Below are positions 40,904 through 53,649 of a stretch of DNA of 64,000 nt, piece by piece. The stretch spans positions 75,950,001-76,014,000 of the forward strand of contig OZ024740.1 of NCBI GenBank assembly GCA_964016885.1, read 5' to 3'. The notes beneath the pieces are model-generated. The model ran no database searches. It had not been told where the DNA came from and saw only the letters and a program-made list of their open reading frames with translations. A program made the position numbers and the translations under genes. This stretch comes from Eledone cirrhosa. Its lineage: Eukaryota. Position 1 is the first letter of the stretch; the number at the start of each line of letters is the position of its first letter.

Positions 40904-41664
40904 TTTTGTCTTAGTAACATTGTGGTTCAATGCATGGGGTTGCAGAACAATAATATGAGAGACGTGAAATAAGAAAATTATAAAATTAACTTACTTACTA
41001 AAATATCACTTCCAACTAATTAGTTTCTGGAATGGAGTAAATATATTTTCCGAAGAAGATATATTTACTCCATTCCAGAAACTAATTAGTTGGAAGTGAT
41101 ATTTTAGTAAGTAAGTTAATTTTATAATTTTCTTATTTCACGTCTCTCATATTATTGTTCTGCAACCCCATGCATTGAACCATAATGTTACTAAGACAAA
41201 ACCTATATATTTGCTAGCATTGATATGCATCTGTATGTATATATATGTTACTAGATATTAATTCTTTATAATTATCTCCAAATTATTTGTCGAGCAATAT
41301 TGGCCATGACTGCTGCTATGGTAGTAGGCAGGCCGCTGTCTTATTAGCAAACCACTTTCCACTGATTGACCTCGATGTCACGTGATTGATTCTTTTTGAA
41401 TTTGCCACAGACACAGAGGCAGTGATTTTCTCAATGGCTTGGAATTCAGTCCACGCTTTGCTATTTCCTATCCACTGAATTATTTTTTAATAAGTTTCCA
41501 GAGTCCTCGCTTTGCCTGGAAACTTAGTTGAGAATAGACTTCCCTGGCGACGGAATGTTTCTCTTTATCTTCTTCGGAAAATATATTTACTCCATTCCAG
41601 AAACTAATTAGTTGGAAGTGATATTTTAGTATGTAAGTTAATTTTATAATTTTCTTATTTCACG

Positions 41665-41672
<8 letters not shown>
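40895..41672 (+). mobile_element. Retrozyme-like non-coding element: fold-back plus ~522-nt unit with terminal direct repeat
   Basis: Palindrome 40895-41210; 41059-41150 repeated at 41581-41672; hammerhead at 41538-41619. Confidence 0.75.
41538..41619 (+). ncRNA. Type I hammerhead (core variant CTGGCGA)
   Basis: acttcc CTGgCGA cggaatg...cattcca GAAA ctaattag TT ggaagt. Confidence 0.65.
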
Positions 41673-41709
<37 letters not shown>

Positions 41710-41724
41710 TATATATAGATATAT

Positions 41725-42035
41725 CGTTTCTGAATTTGTTTAGCAAGATTCTTTATCTGAAAACGTGTGTTGAAACCGATATTGTTATACTTTGGGAGGG
41801 TCATGTTGCCAATAAGAGACACACGCACCAGTTGCTTTCAATTCAATTTATTATAAATTAAATTTAAGAATTTATAAATTTCCGGCTGGTTGGTTGGTTG
41901 GTTCCATAACCGGACGGTTGTTCATATATTGTCAAAGTTCTTTCGTCACACATTCTGTGACCTCTTCAGTGACTGGGGATTCTTTTCTTTGTTTTGTGCC
42001 TCTCCTTTGTTCTGTCCTACGCCATATTGTTTTTG
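41725..42035 (-). mobile_element. PLE pseudo-LTR/tail (MTLPKYNN family) with hammerhead at 41931-41973
   Basis: Near-identical to 31440-31680; minus frame MTLPKYNNIGFNTRFQIKNLAKQIQKRY. Confidence 0.8.
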
Positions 42036-42043
42036 TGTCATAT

Positions 42044-42090
42044 ATTCCTGATGATTTCTAAAGAATGAAACAGTTCTAGTCGTGTAGAAT
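42044..42090 (+). ncRNA. Type I hammerhead; decayed paralog at 38799-38844
   Basis: attc CTGATGA tttc-taaa-gaat GAAAC agttctagtcgt GTA gaat. Confidence 0.65.
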
Positions 42091-42174
42091 CTCATCTATA
42101 TTAAAACTTTTATACTCTGCTATGTATTGAGTACCTTACTTACTGTGGTTACCTCCGATTCAACCCGGAATAAC

Positions 42175-42271
<97 letters not shown>

Positions 42272-42433
42272 AAGAAACAAGAATGTCCTTCATCAGTAGT
42301 CTGCTGATTATCGTTGGTATTTCTTCGCATTAAAGATTAGATGCCTAAAATCAGTGCGAGCGATAACTAAATTAAGTTATCGGGACAGAGGAAAACAGAG
42401 GAAAGGAAACAAACAACATGGTAGTAATGCAAC

Positions 42434-42512
<79 letters not shown>

Positions 42513-42516
<4 letters not shown>

Positions 42517-42718
42517 AACCAGTAAGACCCCGACAGCTGAGCTCAAGCCGTTTCGACGGCTAATTCTGGACTAAATTTAGTCCAGAATTAGCCGTCGAAA
42601 CGGCTTGAGCTCAGCTGTCGGGGTCTTACTGGTCCCTATTACCCACTCTACTACCTCAAGTATTGAGTACTTTGGTGCGTTATGGTCCACCTGGTTCCTT
42701 ACCACTTTTCCTTCGTTA
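42513..42718. mobile_element. Family P element with a 126-bp spacerless palindrome
   Basis: 42513-42638 centred on ctaaatttag, one mismatch. Confidence 0.85.
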
Positions 42719-43047
42719 TATATATATATATATATATAGTTAAAAGAATAGAGGTGTAACACACCTTTTATTGTTAAGATTGTTGATGTTCTATTAAGAG
42801 AACCGATTTTACTGAAAAAATCGAATAATGTACACCATTTTACCAGGGGGGGGAAAAAAATACTGGTCCACCCACACACACACGCACACACACACACACA
42901 CACATATATACACAGACACATACACACGCGTACATCAACATACAAAGAGACTTATACACACACACACACACACACACGCACTTCTCCGTATAAGACAAAA
43001 GCTGAAAAATATCTTTTGACCTTCGAATGACTCTGCTGTGTGTATGT

Positions 43048-43083
<36 letters not shown>

Positions 43084-43152
43084 ATCTTAATAGCCATTTG
43101 ACACACATCGCTGGTGGCTATTGTTGCAGCATCGAATACCTTACTACTACTA

Positions 43153-43206
<54 letters not shown>

Positions 43207-43700
43207 TCGTTGTGAAAGAGTCATTTCTCAATCTTGGCGCAAAACCAATTTTTTATCCACATGACCTCTACCGACCAATCAAAATTGTTTTGACCATAAT
43301 CTTTGCTGGAGCCACTTTTCTAACATTTTAACATAAAAACAGTCATGGCGCAAAATCAACTTTTTACATTCACATGACCTCTACCGACCAATCAAAATTG
43401 TTTTGACCACAAGCATTTTTACAACACAAAAATAACGCTGGAGCCATTTTTTTAACATAAAAACAGGTAGAATTCCCAAAACTAATCAGATCAGAGCAAA
43501 CAGCACGGACACTCTATCTCAAAATTATTTTTGAAAAGCATTTAGAAATGCGCAACCGGTAAAAACTTAAAAACTTAAAACCACAACTGAATACTAACCC
43601 ATACAATCACTAATACTCTTTTATTCCTAATTAAACCATTTTTCAACTGTGAACAATTTGTCAGCATTTTCTATTCCGTTTACCAATATATATATATATA

Positions 43701-43897
43701 TAGGGAAAAGTATGACCCCGACGGCAGAGCTCAAGCCATTTCAACGGCTATTTCTTAACTCAGTCCAGAAATAGCTATTGAAACGGCTTGAGCTCTGCCG
43801 TCGGGGGTCACACTTTTTCCTATTTCCCACTCTACTACCCTAAGTATTGAGTACTCTGGTGCGTTATGGTCCATCTGGTTCCTTACCACAATTCCTT

Positions 43898-43903
<6 letters not shown>
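43701..43903. mobile_element. Family P element
   Basis: Arms 43701-43755 and 43767-43822. Confidence 0.8.
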
Positions 43904-43928
<25 letters not shown>

Positions 43929-43988
43929 ATTATAATAAAATAACAGGAGGCTGGGCTTGTGTAAATCCTTGAAAGGTTTATTATACTA

Positions 43989-46900
43989 CTAGCATAGGCA
44001 CTCGGCGTTGCCCGGGAATGAAATTGTTCCTTACATATTAGAAGAAAAGAGCAAAATATGTTGTATAGAAATGTGTTATTCAAAATTCAATTTATTCTTC
44101 AATTGGGACACACGATGAAATCAATTCTGAGTTCATAAAAAAAATAATTGTTGTGAGCAAAATAAATTTCCAATTTCATGAAGGAGGGGAGGGGGGCTAA
44201 GAAAGGGTCGTGTGTGTGTTCACCCTTAACCAAAGGAAGAAAATGTTGTTAGGAAAAATAAGTAAAGGTAAACAGGGCTTGTTAAGAAGAGCGATAACGT
44301 ACCTGTCTGTCCATTGTAGCGCTTATAACACTGTTTTAGCAGATGCTGGTCGATATGAATTTACCATTGCTGTAGCCATCAAACAATTTTAAGTAGGGCC
44401 TCTTAAATAGGGTTGTGTGTGCGTTCACTTACAGCCCTAAAAATGAGGGCTCACCATCAACAATTTCGGCCCTAAAAAGGGCCGTTTGATCGTTCACTTG
44501 CAGCCCTTGAAAGGACTTTGACTGTGTTCTCCAACGGCCGCCAAAAGTACTTCAGTTGCGTTCATTGGCAGCCATTAGAATGACTCTGTATACGTTCACG
44601 ATTTGTTCAGCCACCTTAAATTGCCGCGCTGATTGTCAAGCTGGGTTCCTCTCTGAAGGCGATCACCTTTAACCGAGGGAAACATACGTTTTAGTTAAGA
44701 GACTGTTTAAAAGCTCATCAGGCTGGCTAAAGAAATGGTGATTACGGACCTATCTCCTCGCTGTTGCATTTACAACACCTCGTTGTAAACGATGTTTCTT
44801 GTTTTTCCTCGGCGTGCAAATGCGAATAGACTTTCCCTGCTGCCCGCTCTAGAGCACCCAACGTACAATTGTCCGTGGGAGAAACACGGTTCTTCCAGAA
44901 GAGGTCAGGCCACAGAAAGAGTCTGGCCCTGGGACTTCTTGATGGACATAGCAAAACTGACCCGAAGTGGAAATTGGAGTTTTCGGAAGGTGAACGGAAT
45001 TTCTGCTCCCGAGGGAATGAGAGGAATTCTCGGAATGAAGACATCATCATCCAGAAAGGATTGTTGCCTCGATTACATGTGCCATCAATTTTTTTACAGC
45101 CAGCCGTGTCCCGTTGCACAGTCTTGGTGGATCCAAATTCCGCAGCAGCATTACAGGGGTGCCAACTTTAAGGAGAAGCATGTGAAGCGTTAGTCCTGGG
45201 GGCTCCAAAGAATTGAGGAACTCCGGCGGAAAGTTCACCACTTCATTGGGATCTGGCATCGTGTCAACAGATTTGTAAGTGTGAAGAACACCAGGAAGAG
45301 AGTGCAGTAGTTGGTCGTTGGTTTTGTTAACAGCAATGTTTTTTGGAGCTAGCACTGCTCTTTCACACAACGATGCGTGGTTCTGGTAATTGTCTCTCAA
45401 ATCTGGAAACACTTTGTCTTTCAGCTCCCCCGCAGAATTAACTGGCCACACTTCCAACTCTCCTGCAGCGTCCATAGGTATTTTACCGTCGCCAAGTTTC
45501 AAAATGTCCTGTGCAAATTCCGCGGACATTTGGTCACCGTGTAATTGAACTCTCATGTTGGTTGTAATAATCAGTGTCCTGACATGGCGCCACAGAGGAG
45601 AGGGCTTTAGGCATGCTTGGACCTCATCTGCTCTTGTGCCTTTGGGAATGACGGGAAGAGTCTGCCTGAAGTCACCCGAAAGCAGAAGCGTAACACCTCC
45701 CATGGGAGCCTGGCAGCCCCTGATGTCCTTTAGAGCTCTGTTTAATGCGTCCAGAGCTCCCTTATGGGCCATGGTGCACTCATCCCACACAATGAGCTGA
45801 CATCGTTTTAGGACTTGGCCCTGGTCGGAGGTCTTGCTGATGCTGCAAGTAGGCGTTTCTGACGTTGTTAAATTGAGAGGCAATTTAAAACTGGAGTGTG
45901 CGGTCCTGCCACCGGGCAACAAAGTGGCATCAATTCCAGAAGAGGCAACAGCAACCGCAATGTCCTTGTGCATCCTGACTTTTGCAAGGAGGAGTCTCGT
46001 TAAAAATGTTTTGCCCGTCCCTGCAGGAGCATCCAGAAAGACCATACCTCCTTTTCTGTGGCGCATATGGTCGGCAACAATGGTGTAAGCACGACGTTGG
46101 TCCGGAAGAAGTTGTGGTTCAATTTCAAGGACGTACTTGGTAAGAGCATCGACGTCGTAGGACGTTTCTCGGAGAAGAGCTGTAGGAAGTACGTTTGACC
46201 CTGTACGGATTGTTTGGGGCAGACCATATGAGAGCAAATAATTTCCGCCGAGTGATGCAACTCTATCCTCTATGTCAATCAACGCTAGATTGAAGACCTC
46301 GTCGCTGGTACCTTCCATCTCAGGGTATTGCACTTGCGCCTGACGTTTGTAGTCCTCGCATAAGTCATCTTTATACTTGAGCCATAAAGAGATAGGATTA
46401 CTCAGTTCGCAAGTTTGCAGCAGTACTGCAAATAGAGATCGTAGGCGCATATGCGATTGAGATGCAATAGCTTCGAATAAAGTGGCATCCCACTGCGCAC
46501 CGTCTTCTAGCAGGCCGCGCTTGAAGGAAGCTTCCCTGTAAGTGCTGCACACAGAACCGTCGGCAGTTCTAAGGTCATGAAAGGACTGGGGTCCTCTAAC
46601 CTCATGTAGCAGAAGACGGAGCTAGAAGCACTCATGCTGGTTCGGGTGCACTGTGTATACTCTCCATAGGCAGCTGTCAAACTTTATGCCAGGATGTCCA
46701 TCAACAGGCTGACCTACCTTTCTGCGAACCCATTCTTTTTTTATTCCACGTGTAATAGGACTTCACCTGAGCATACAGCAGGGTTTGAGCAAATTAATCG
46801 GCCTGACAAAGTTTGAAGAATGCAGTGAGGGTGGTTCCCTGTGGTTCCTCCACCATTTGAACAGCATTAACGTCAGTGAAGTACACCCTTTGACCGTTCT

Positions 46901-49900
46901 CCAGGTGGACTGCGAGCTGTTCAATTGCAGGGTGCTTTGGTGTATAGGGAAACCGAAAATACGCCAGAAAGCCTCGTTGCTGCTGATGTAACGGCTGCTG
47001 ATGTGACCTCACAACGGTTGTTGTCCTGTTGAAGACCGAACATAGCAGCGTCTGAACCCTTATTCACATATTTACATATGTACTTGATTGACTTGACGGA
47101 ATTACAGAACTCGACATTGATGTGAGCACTGTAAAACCACCGTCTCCGGGTTGGCGTCGCCTGTACATTGGGTATCCGTCAACGCCAGTCTGGGTTTCTT
47201 GGAGGAACTTTCGGGGAAATCTTTTGCTGCAGACTTTATCGTTCAAGCAAGGTGAGCTTAAATTGAAGCCCCGCCCACATGGACCATGGACCATGTTTGT
47301 CTTCACTATAGGTCTTTGTCTATAGACGGATTGGGAAACTCTGCGGAGATGATGCTGTCAATGTCATTTGAAGATATTTTTGTTGACAGCCAAATGAGGA
47401 TGTGGGCGTGCGGTAGGCCCCTCTTCTGCCACTCTACGGTATACATGTCGCAGTTTACTGGGCCAAAGACTTGGCCTCTCTTGATGAGCTCCATGAGATT
47501 GATAAGCTTCAGCTGAAAGACTCGGGCCAGGAGGTCATGCCTGTCTTTGGCCTGTTTCCCTTGGAACAGTTCTGCCTCGACCTCCTTACACTTTGGGTTG
47601 CAAGTGAATGTGATGAACAGATCGGGCCTGCCGTAATGCCGTACGTAGGTCATAGCATCCTGCGTTCTCTCGTGCATGTAGCGCGGACTTCCGGTGAAGG
47701 TGGAGGGGGAGAATGCAGACATTTCCTACGCTGCTGGGAGCTGCGTCATTGTTGATGGCATCTCGGAGATGGATGTAGCTCTCGGATCGCAGTTGCCTTT
47801 AGTGTGACCGTATGAAACACAGTCTCTCCGATTGCATTTTTGCGCGCATATCAACGGCAGTAGGTCTCTTGACTGGTGCAGGTGATTGAAGGAATCGTGG
47901 CGAACCATGAAGCGGTAGGAGTAGAAATCCATGCATGAAACTGGTTTTTTGACGGAGTGTTGAGTGTTTACTGGATTATGCTGGTGAATTCCGTACTGAT
48001 AGCCGTCCTCACCATTTACAAAGAGAAGTGGATACTGGAGCGCATCGTAAGACCTATGTGTTTCGCTGATTCGCTGAAGAGTGCTATCTCGACGCTTGAG
48101 GACAATGTCTCGTGGATTATGCTGACCCCCATGCATAAGTACAGCCATTTCATTGCATGCAGGATAATTATACCGACCCGGATGTTCCCCAGATGGCATT
48201 TTCGAGGCATCAATTACCACATTAAAATTGGCTGTGGTATCTGCTTCCAAGGCATACTTGAAGCTAATGACATAGCTGTTTTTTGTGTGCAGAATGTCTT
48301 CCAATTTCCTTATAAGTTCGACATTGGTACCGGGTGAAATGGAGTTCCTCATGGCTGCCTGCTCGTTGACATTCCCAACAAAGTACAGCTGAAGAAATTG
48401 AGGTTCTTGATTGGCGGCAGGTTGGAGGGATCCGATTCTATGGTACACCTGACCTTGAACCTTAAATGTGGGCATAAATCCGCCTTCCTTGACAATGTTC
48501 GCCCCGAAAGATGTCATTTGGAAAGCACAGTTATACTTCCGGATGTAAGTCAGGAAATGCCGTGACTCCGCAGTACTGCCTGAATATAGGAACTTCAACG
48601 GTTGTGGTGGATCCTCCAGGGGACGTAATTTTACTTTTCCATTTGCGCAACACAAGCCAGGTGTTTCCCCGGGTCACTTTTTTGCATTGCAGAAAGAGCA
48701 CGTCTTTGACATACTCCCAATTCGCATGTCTGGATGGCCACTGTAATCAAAGTAATGGTTGTACTCGAATGCTTTCAAGGACCTTGAAATACCCTGTCCA
48801 AAGGCCCTTCGTTGAGCATTACATTGTAGTCGAATGTCTCGTTCTTGCGAGGTCTGTGTAGCTCGCACAGCAGCAGTATTCGCAGAATCCGTACTCCGAC
48901 GTCTTTTACGCTGGTCGTACGTCTCGGCAGCTCGCGCAGCAGCAGTATTCGCAGCATCCGTACTCCGACGTCTTTTACGCTGGTCGTCCGTCTCGGCTGC
49001 TTGTGCAACAGAAGTTGATGCGACATTAGCGGTTCGGCGAATGGTTCGTTGATTCTCTGTTTCAAGTGCTCTTCTGGTGGCAGTACGTTTAGCATCTTGC
49101 GACCGTCGAATAGCAGATTCCACTGACGATTCGTTTGCCCGCCCTGTTCGTGTTGTTGCTGCTTTCGCAGTTTTTCGGCCAATGGAGTTTCTCTTCCTTT
49201 GAGGCATGATATAAAAGCAGTACGAAGTACACTGAAACTCACTGGTAGAGTAAGGAGTAAACTCATCAGTGAATTAAAAACCGATGCATGTGATTTCCGA
49301 ACGGGGTATGGATAGGGAGAGGGGTAACAGTAAGAGTGGAATGAGTGTAAGTTAGTGAATATGTTGTCAGTGACAAAAATGGCGTAAATGAAACGCCACA
49401 CGCAACTACACACACACACTGAAGCACGCAAACGCAGAAACGCACGCAAACTCACACACACACATGTTAATAGATTTAACTCATAATGGAACCCTGCGCG
49501 AACACACACACACACACATACGCACACGCACACACACACACGCGCGCACGCACACACACACGCACACGCACACGCACACGCAGACAAGCACACGTGTTAA
49601 TTACTTATAGCTTTCTTTCCTCTCTTCCAGCGTCTCTCTCCCGCTATCCCCCTCTTTTAGTCTGTCTGTTTCTTTCACTCTCACTCTTTCTCTTTATAAC
49701 TCACTCACATTAATACTAAAGGGTTAAGGTATTGTTCTCAAAATAAATAATATTAAATCTATGAGATTTTTATATTATGTGAGATAAAGGCCTTTACCAT
49801 GAAAATAATATAGTATATATAGAGTAATGTAAATGATAAAGGGTTAATTCCATCAGACCATGTGAGAGAGTTTATAATCACTCGCGCGCACATACACACT

Positions 49901-50390
49901 CACGCATGCAAATGCACACAAACTCACACACACATGCAATAGTTATTCCACTGTCATGTATCTTTGACGCATACAACTCTCAAAAGACGGCGTCTGTCAC
50001 TCTCTCTCTCTCTCCCGCTATCCCCCTCTTTTAGTCTGTCTGTTTCTTTCACTCTCACTCTTTCTCTCTGTAACTCGTTCACATTTCTCCCCTCTATCGA
50101 AAAACGCTGTGACGAATGGAGAGAAGGAGGAGGAGGAGTAGAGAGCCACTTCTTCACTTCGCCTCTCCATTTCTTTCTCTCCTCTCTCACTCCCTCAATA
50201 TATACAGACATTGGCCACTTCACTAATTCGATCCCTAGGTCAGAATAATTTGAATTTTTTTGTGCTCAAAACACTTCCGGGGCCATACGGGTTACATGTG
50301 TAAAGTTTGAAAAAAAAACGGTTGGGTACTTCCCGAGTTTTAGGGAAACAGACACACAGACAGACATCCTCTGTTTTATATATATATAGA
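43989..50390 (-). mobile_element. Full-length decayed Helitron
   Basis: Minus 5' A|TCTATATATATATAAAAC at 50390; 3' hairpin cccgggcaacgccgag then CTAG|T at 43989; RepHel inside. Confidence 0.9.
44770..49207 (-). pseudogene. Helitron RepHel (HUH Rep + PIF1 helicase), several frameshifts and stops
   Basis: CCANGKV, YDALQYPLLF, PDLFITFTCNP, VEWQKRGLPHAHILIW, SIKYICKYVNKG, FLDAPAGTGKT, IVWDECTM, GDFRQTLP, LCNGTRL, KSQGQT, HGQLYV. Confidence 0.95.
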
Positions 50391-50393
50391 TGA

Positions 50394-51378
50394 CTAGCAG
50401 TAAAGCCCGGCGTTGCTCGGGGTCGCTCAGTAGCTGTGTTAAAGTTACAATGTTAAGTTTCTTTCTTGGCTTAAAAACTGTAGTGTCTACTGTGCAGACT
50501 TGCATGTGGTGTTTTTGATTAATATTCCCTCAACCAACAATATGCCTTATGAAGTTAAGAAAACATAACGATAACCCGAATGTTATAACAAAAGAGGATG
50601 CTGGGGATAGAAACTGCACTGGTTATTTATTAACAAAGATCGAAAATGTAAACACTGCAACGCAGAGAAAAACATTAGCGTAACCAAATTATCAGTTATG
50701 TCTGTCTGCACGCCTATATCACCTCTCTGCACGACTGTCTGTCTGCACGCCTATATCACCTCTCTGCACGACTGTCTGTCTGCACGCATATATCACCTCT
50801 CTGCACGACTATCTGTCTGCACGCCTATATCACCTCTCTGCACGACTATCTGTCTGCACGCGTATATCACCTCTCTGCACGACTGTCTGTCTGCACGACT
50901 GTCTGTCTGCACGCCTAACGACGAAATATTTGCTTGTTTTACGTAGTCTTTAAATAGACTTGTTTTCAAGTAAAAATATTGTTTTAAAATGCTTTTAAAT
51001 GGAAATGAAGCAAAACGGAAGCTTAGTGTTCGAACTGATGAATTTTGCAGGTCAATATTTTGCTGGCTCGACAACTGTTCGTGTATTGTGTTAATGTCAT
51101 TTTAAACGCTGAGAAAGCCAGCGTAATTTTTTACGTAAGACGCTCAATGTAAACAGAACAAAGGGAAATAACTGATAACTTACGCTCAAAAATCGATACA
51201 TTATATTCGATTTCGTCACATAGGGTGGGTCAATTTGAAATATTTTTTTTCCGATGTCTTCGCTAGGGCTCAATGTACAAGTATAGCAATTTCGGTGCAA
51301 TTCCGTCAGAGATTCTAAGAGGAGATGTGTGCCAAAAATCGATAGACAGACAGACAACCACAGTTTTATATATATAGA
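50394..51378 (-). mobile_element. Non-autonomous Helitron in tandem with the large one
   Basis: 5' A|TCTATATATATAAAACTGTGG at 51378; 3' hairpin cccgagcaacgccggg then CTAG|T at 50394. Confidence 0.85.
50699..50915. repeat. 37-bp minisatellite (~5.5 copies)
   Basis: Unit tgtctgtctgcacgcctatatcacctctctgcacgac. Confidence 0.92.
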
Positions 51379-52947
51379 TTATTTCAATGACCGGGTTCCG
51401 TATGAATCCGGTGATATCATCAGATGTTCGAAATATAATAAATGCATGTAACAGATAAAATCCATGGGGCTGAAAATCATAGACCCGAGGACGACCGACC
51501 ATCTAGCATCTTCCACTTTAGTCGGTCGCCCTCAAGTGCTGGCTATTCGGTCTACTTAAGGCTATCTGGTGAGGGGGCGAAAGCTTATAATGTACTACTA
51601 ACCTCCCGATCAAAGAGAAAAAAAAGACAGAAAGAAAGAAGAAAAGTCAGCGTTAATGTCATGCTACAATTAGGCTAGGAATTGCTGCGAAAAATGTTAT
51701 TCTAAAGAACCTATATCTTAACAGAGGTATATATTATAACAGAGGTATATATAATGGGCGTCTGCATGGTATAATGTGTGAACAGAAAATTGGAACGTTA
51801 AATTTAAAAAAAAATTAAATTAAAGATTAAAATTATAACTTTAAAAAAATTTGAAAATTAAAGATTAAACAGTTTTAAAAAAATTTATGGTTTGGGTTGC
51901 GAGATTTAGTTAAAGAATTTACAGAGAGAGTCTTTTATGAAAAAATGTTAAGTGTATTATAGAGGTCCTCGATAAGTTTTCAGGGTGGGATATAGAGTAA
52001 AGATTAAGTCTTTGTTTAGCAGTCAAACAACACGTGACGACTGCAAACTCCGACCAGCCCATCCTAACCACGTGTCAGCCATTCCGAGTGAAACAGTCTA
52101 GCGAGAGATATGGAAATCAATTTTTCCGAGCACTCGAGGAATTTAACTGTTCTAGGCTTCGGGTGTGCTAGTGGGAAGTCAGCCATCGTCGTTAGGCCAT
52201 CGTTATACCAAACGAGTACTATTAATTTACACAGGAGGGGGATTTGTTTAAGTGCCAGTAGAGGGAGGCATGATACAGCTAATAGTTATGATTAGGCCTA
52301 GAATTTAAAGGTACTATATGGCGGTCACAAACGGCGGCGCGGCGGGCCCGGGGGCGAAGCCAGCCGCTCCGAGTAATTTCATTTACCAAAAGAAGGGGAA
52401 ATTTGTTTTTCCAAGCATTCAAGGGAGGCTTATGCACCAGGGCACCGGGCGCGCAGCCAGGAAAACCACCACACCAGTCGGATGATAGCGTGTAATCAAT
52501 TATAAAACCCGATGAAAAGCGCAAAAAGACTATATCTAGGTCCCCTGATAGTCCGGGTTATAAGTATTGTGGTTCTCAGGGGGAGATATTCTAGTGTCGT
52601 GTGCTAATGAGTACAATGATAAGTACTTAATGAGAGTAAAGCGAGTAAAAACCTAAATAAAAGGAACAGTAGGAAAAAACCAAGAATACATAGATAAATA
52701 AAAGCAGAATACGAAGATAAAAACACATTAATAAAGTAAAAAGGTAGAAATATATAAATAAATAAATAATATTATTATAATATTTAACTCCGTACTCGCA
52801 CCTCCAACTACACAAACGAAGACGGTTGAGCTGCTTTACGTTGAGTACTCTCCATATTATTACATCAAGATTGACCATACGGAATTGACCAGCTCTATCC
52901 AGTGGTGAACCTTCAAACCTAAATATATATATATATATATATATATA

Positions 52948-53035
52948 TTCGCAATCGTAAGGTTGTGAGATCGATTCCTGGACCAGGCGATGCGTTATAT
53001 CCTTGAGCAAGACACTTTATTTCACGTTGCTCCTT
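52948..53035 (+). mobile_element. tRNA-headed SINE fragment related to family A
   Basis: gcaatcgtaaggttgtgagatcgattcc...ccttgagcaagacactttatttcac. Confidence 0.65.
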
Positions 53036-53130
53036 CTACCTGGAGTTGCAACCGATAGATAGTATTAGCAATTGGAAAGACCAACGGAAACGTTGTTCCC
53101 TCGGTCCGATTTGACGAAAGTGGATCGTTC

Positions 53131-53174
<44 letters not shown>

Positions 53175-53188
<14 letters not shown>

Positions 53189-53537
53189 ACAGACTAAATA
53201 AAGATGGCGTAGGCATACAATGCAACGGGAGGAAACATAATAGCACCACTGACGATGTTGCAGATGTGCAACGAAAGAACTTTGATAGACTATATATATG
53301 TTTTTGTGTATCTGTATTTTTGACCGTTGGTCAGTCAATGGTAACATTGAGGACTGAATAAATTAAATTAACCGATATAAAAGACACAGAAGCGAAAACC
53401 AACCAAACAGTGAGTGTGTTCTGTTATTAATTCTGGCAATATTATTACACAAATATGACCCTCCCCAAGTATAACAATATTTGTTTCGACACACGATTTC
53501 ATATAAAAAACCTCGCAAAACTAATTCATCGCTGTTA
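53175..53537 (+). mobile_element. PLE pseudo-LTR/tail (MTLPKYNN family, diverged) with hammerhead at 53245-53286
   Basis: acca CTGACGA tgttgca-gatg-tgcaac GAAA gaac TT tgat; from 53455 MTLPKYNNICFDTRFHIKNLAKLIHRCY. Confidence 0.75.
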
Positions 53538-53586
53538 TATATATATAAATATCTATCTATCTATCTATCTATATATATAGATATAG

Positions 53587-53617
<31 letters not shown>

Positions 53618-53649
53618 TGAGTACGTCTCTATTTATAAAACAAACTTTG

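Noticed and set aside
45047-46552. Host PIF1 helicase gene
   Set aside because: Part of a frameshifted RepHel bounded by Helitron termini
50699-50915. 37-bp repeats of CRISPR-like length
   Set aside because: Head-to-tail with no unique spacers, inside a Helitron, no cas genes
52320-52470. GC-rich patch with hairpin potential
   Set aside because: No recognisable motif, ORF or second copy in the window
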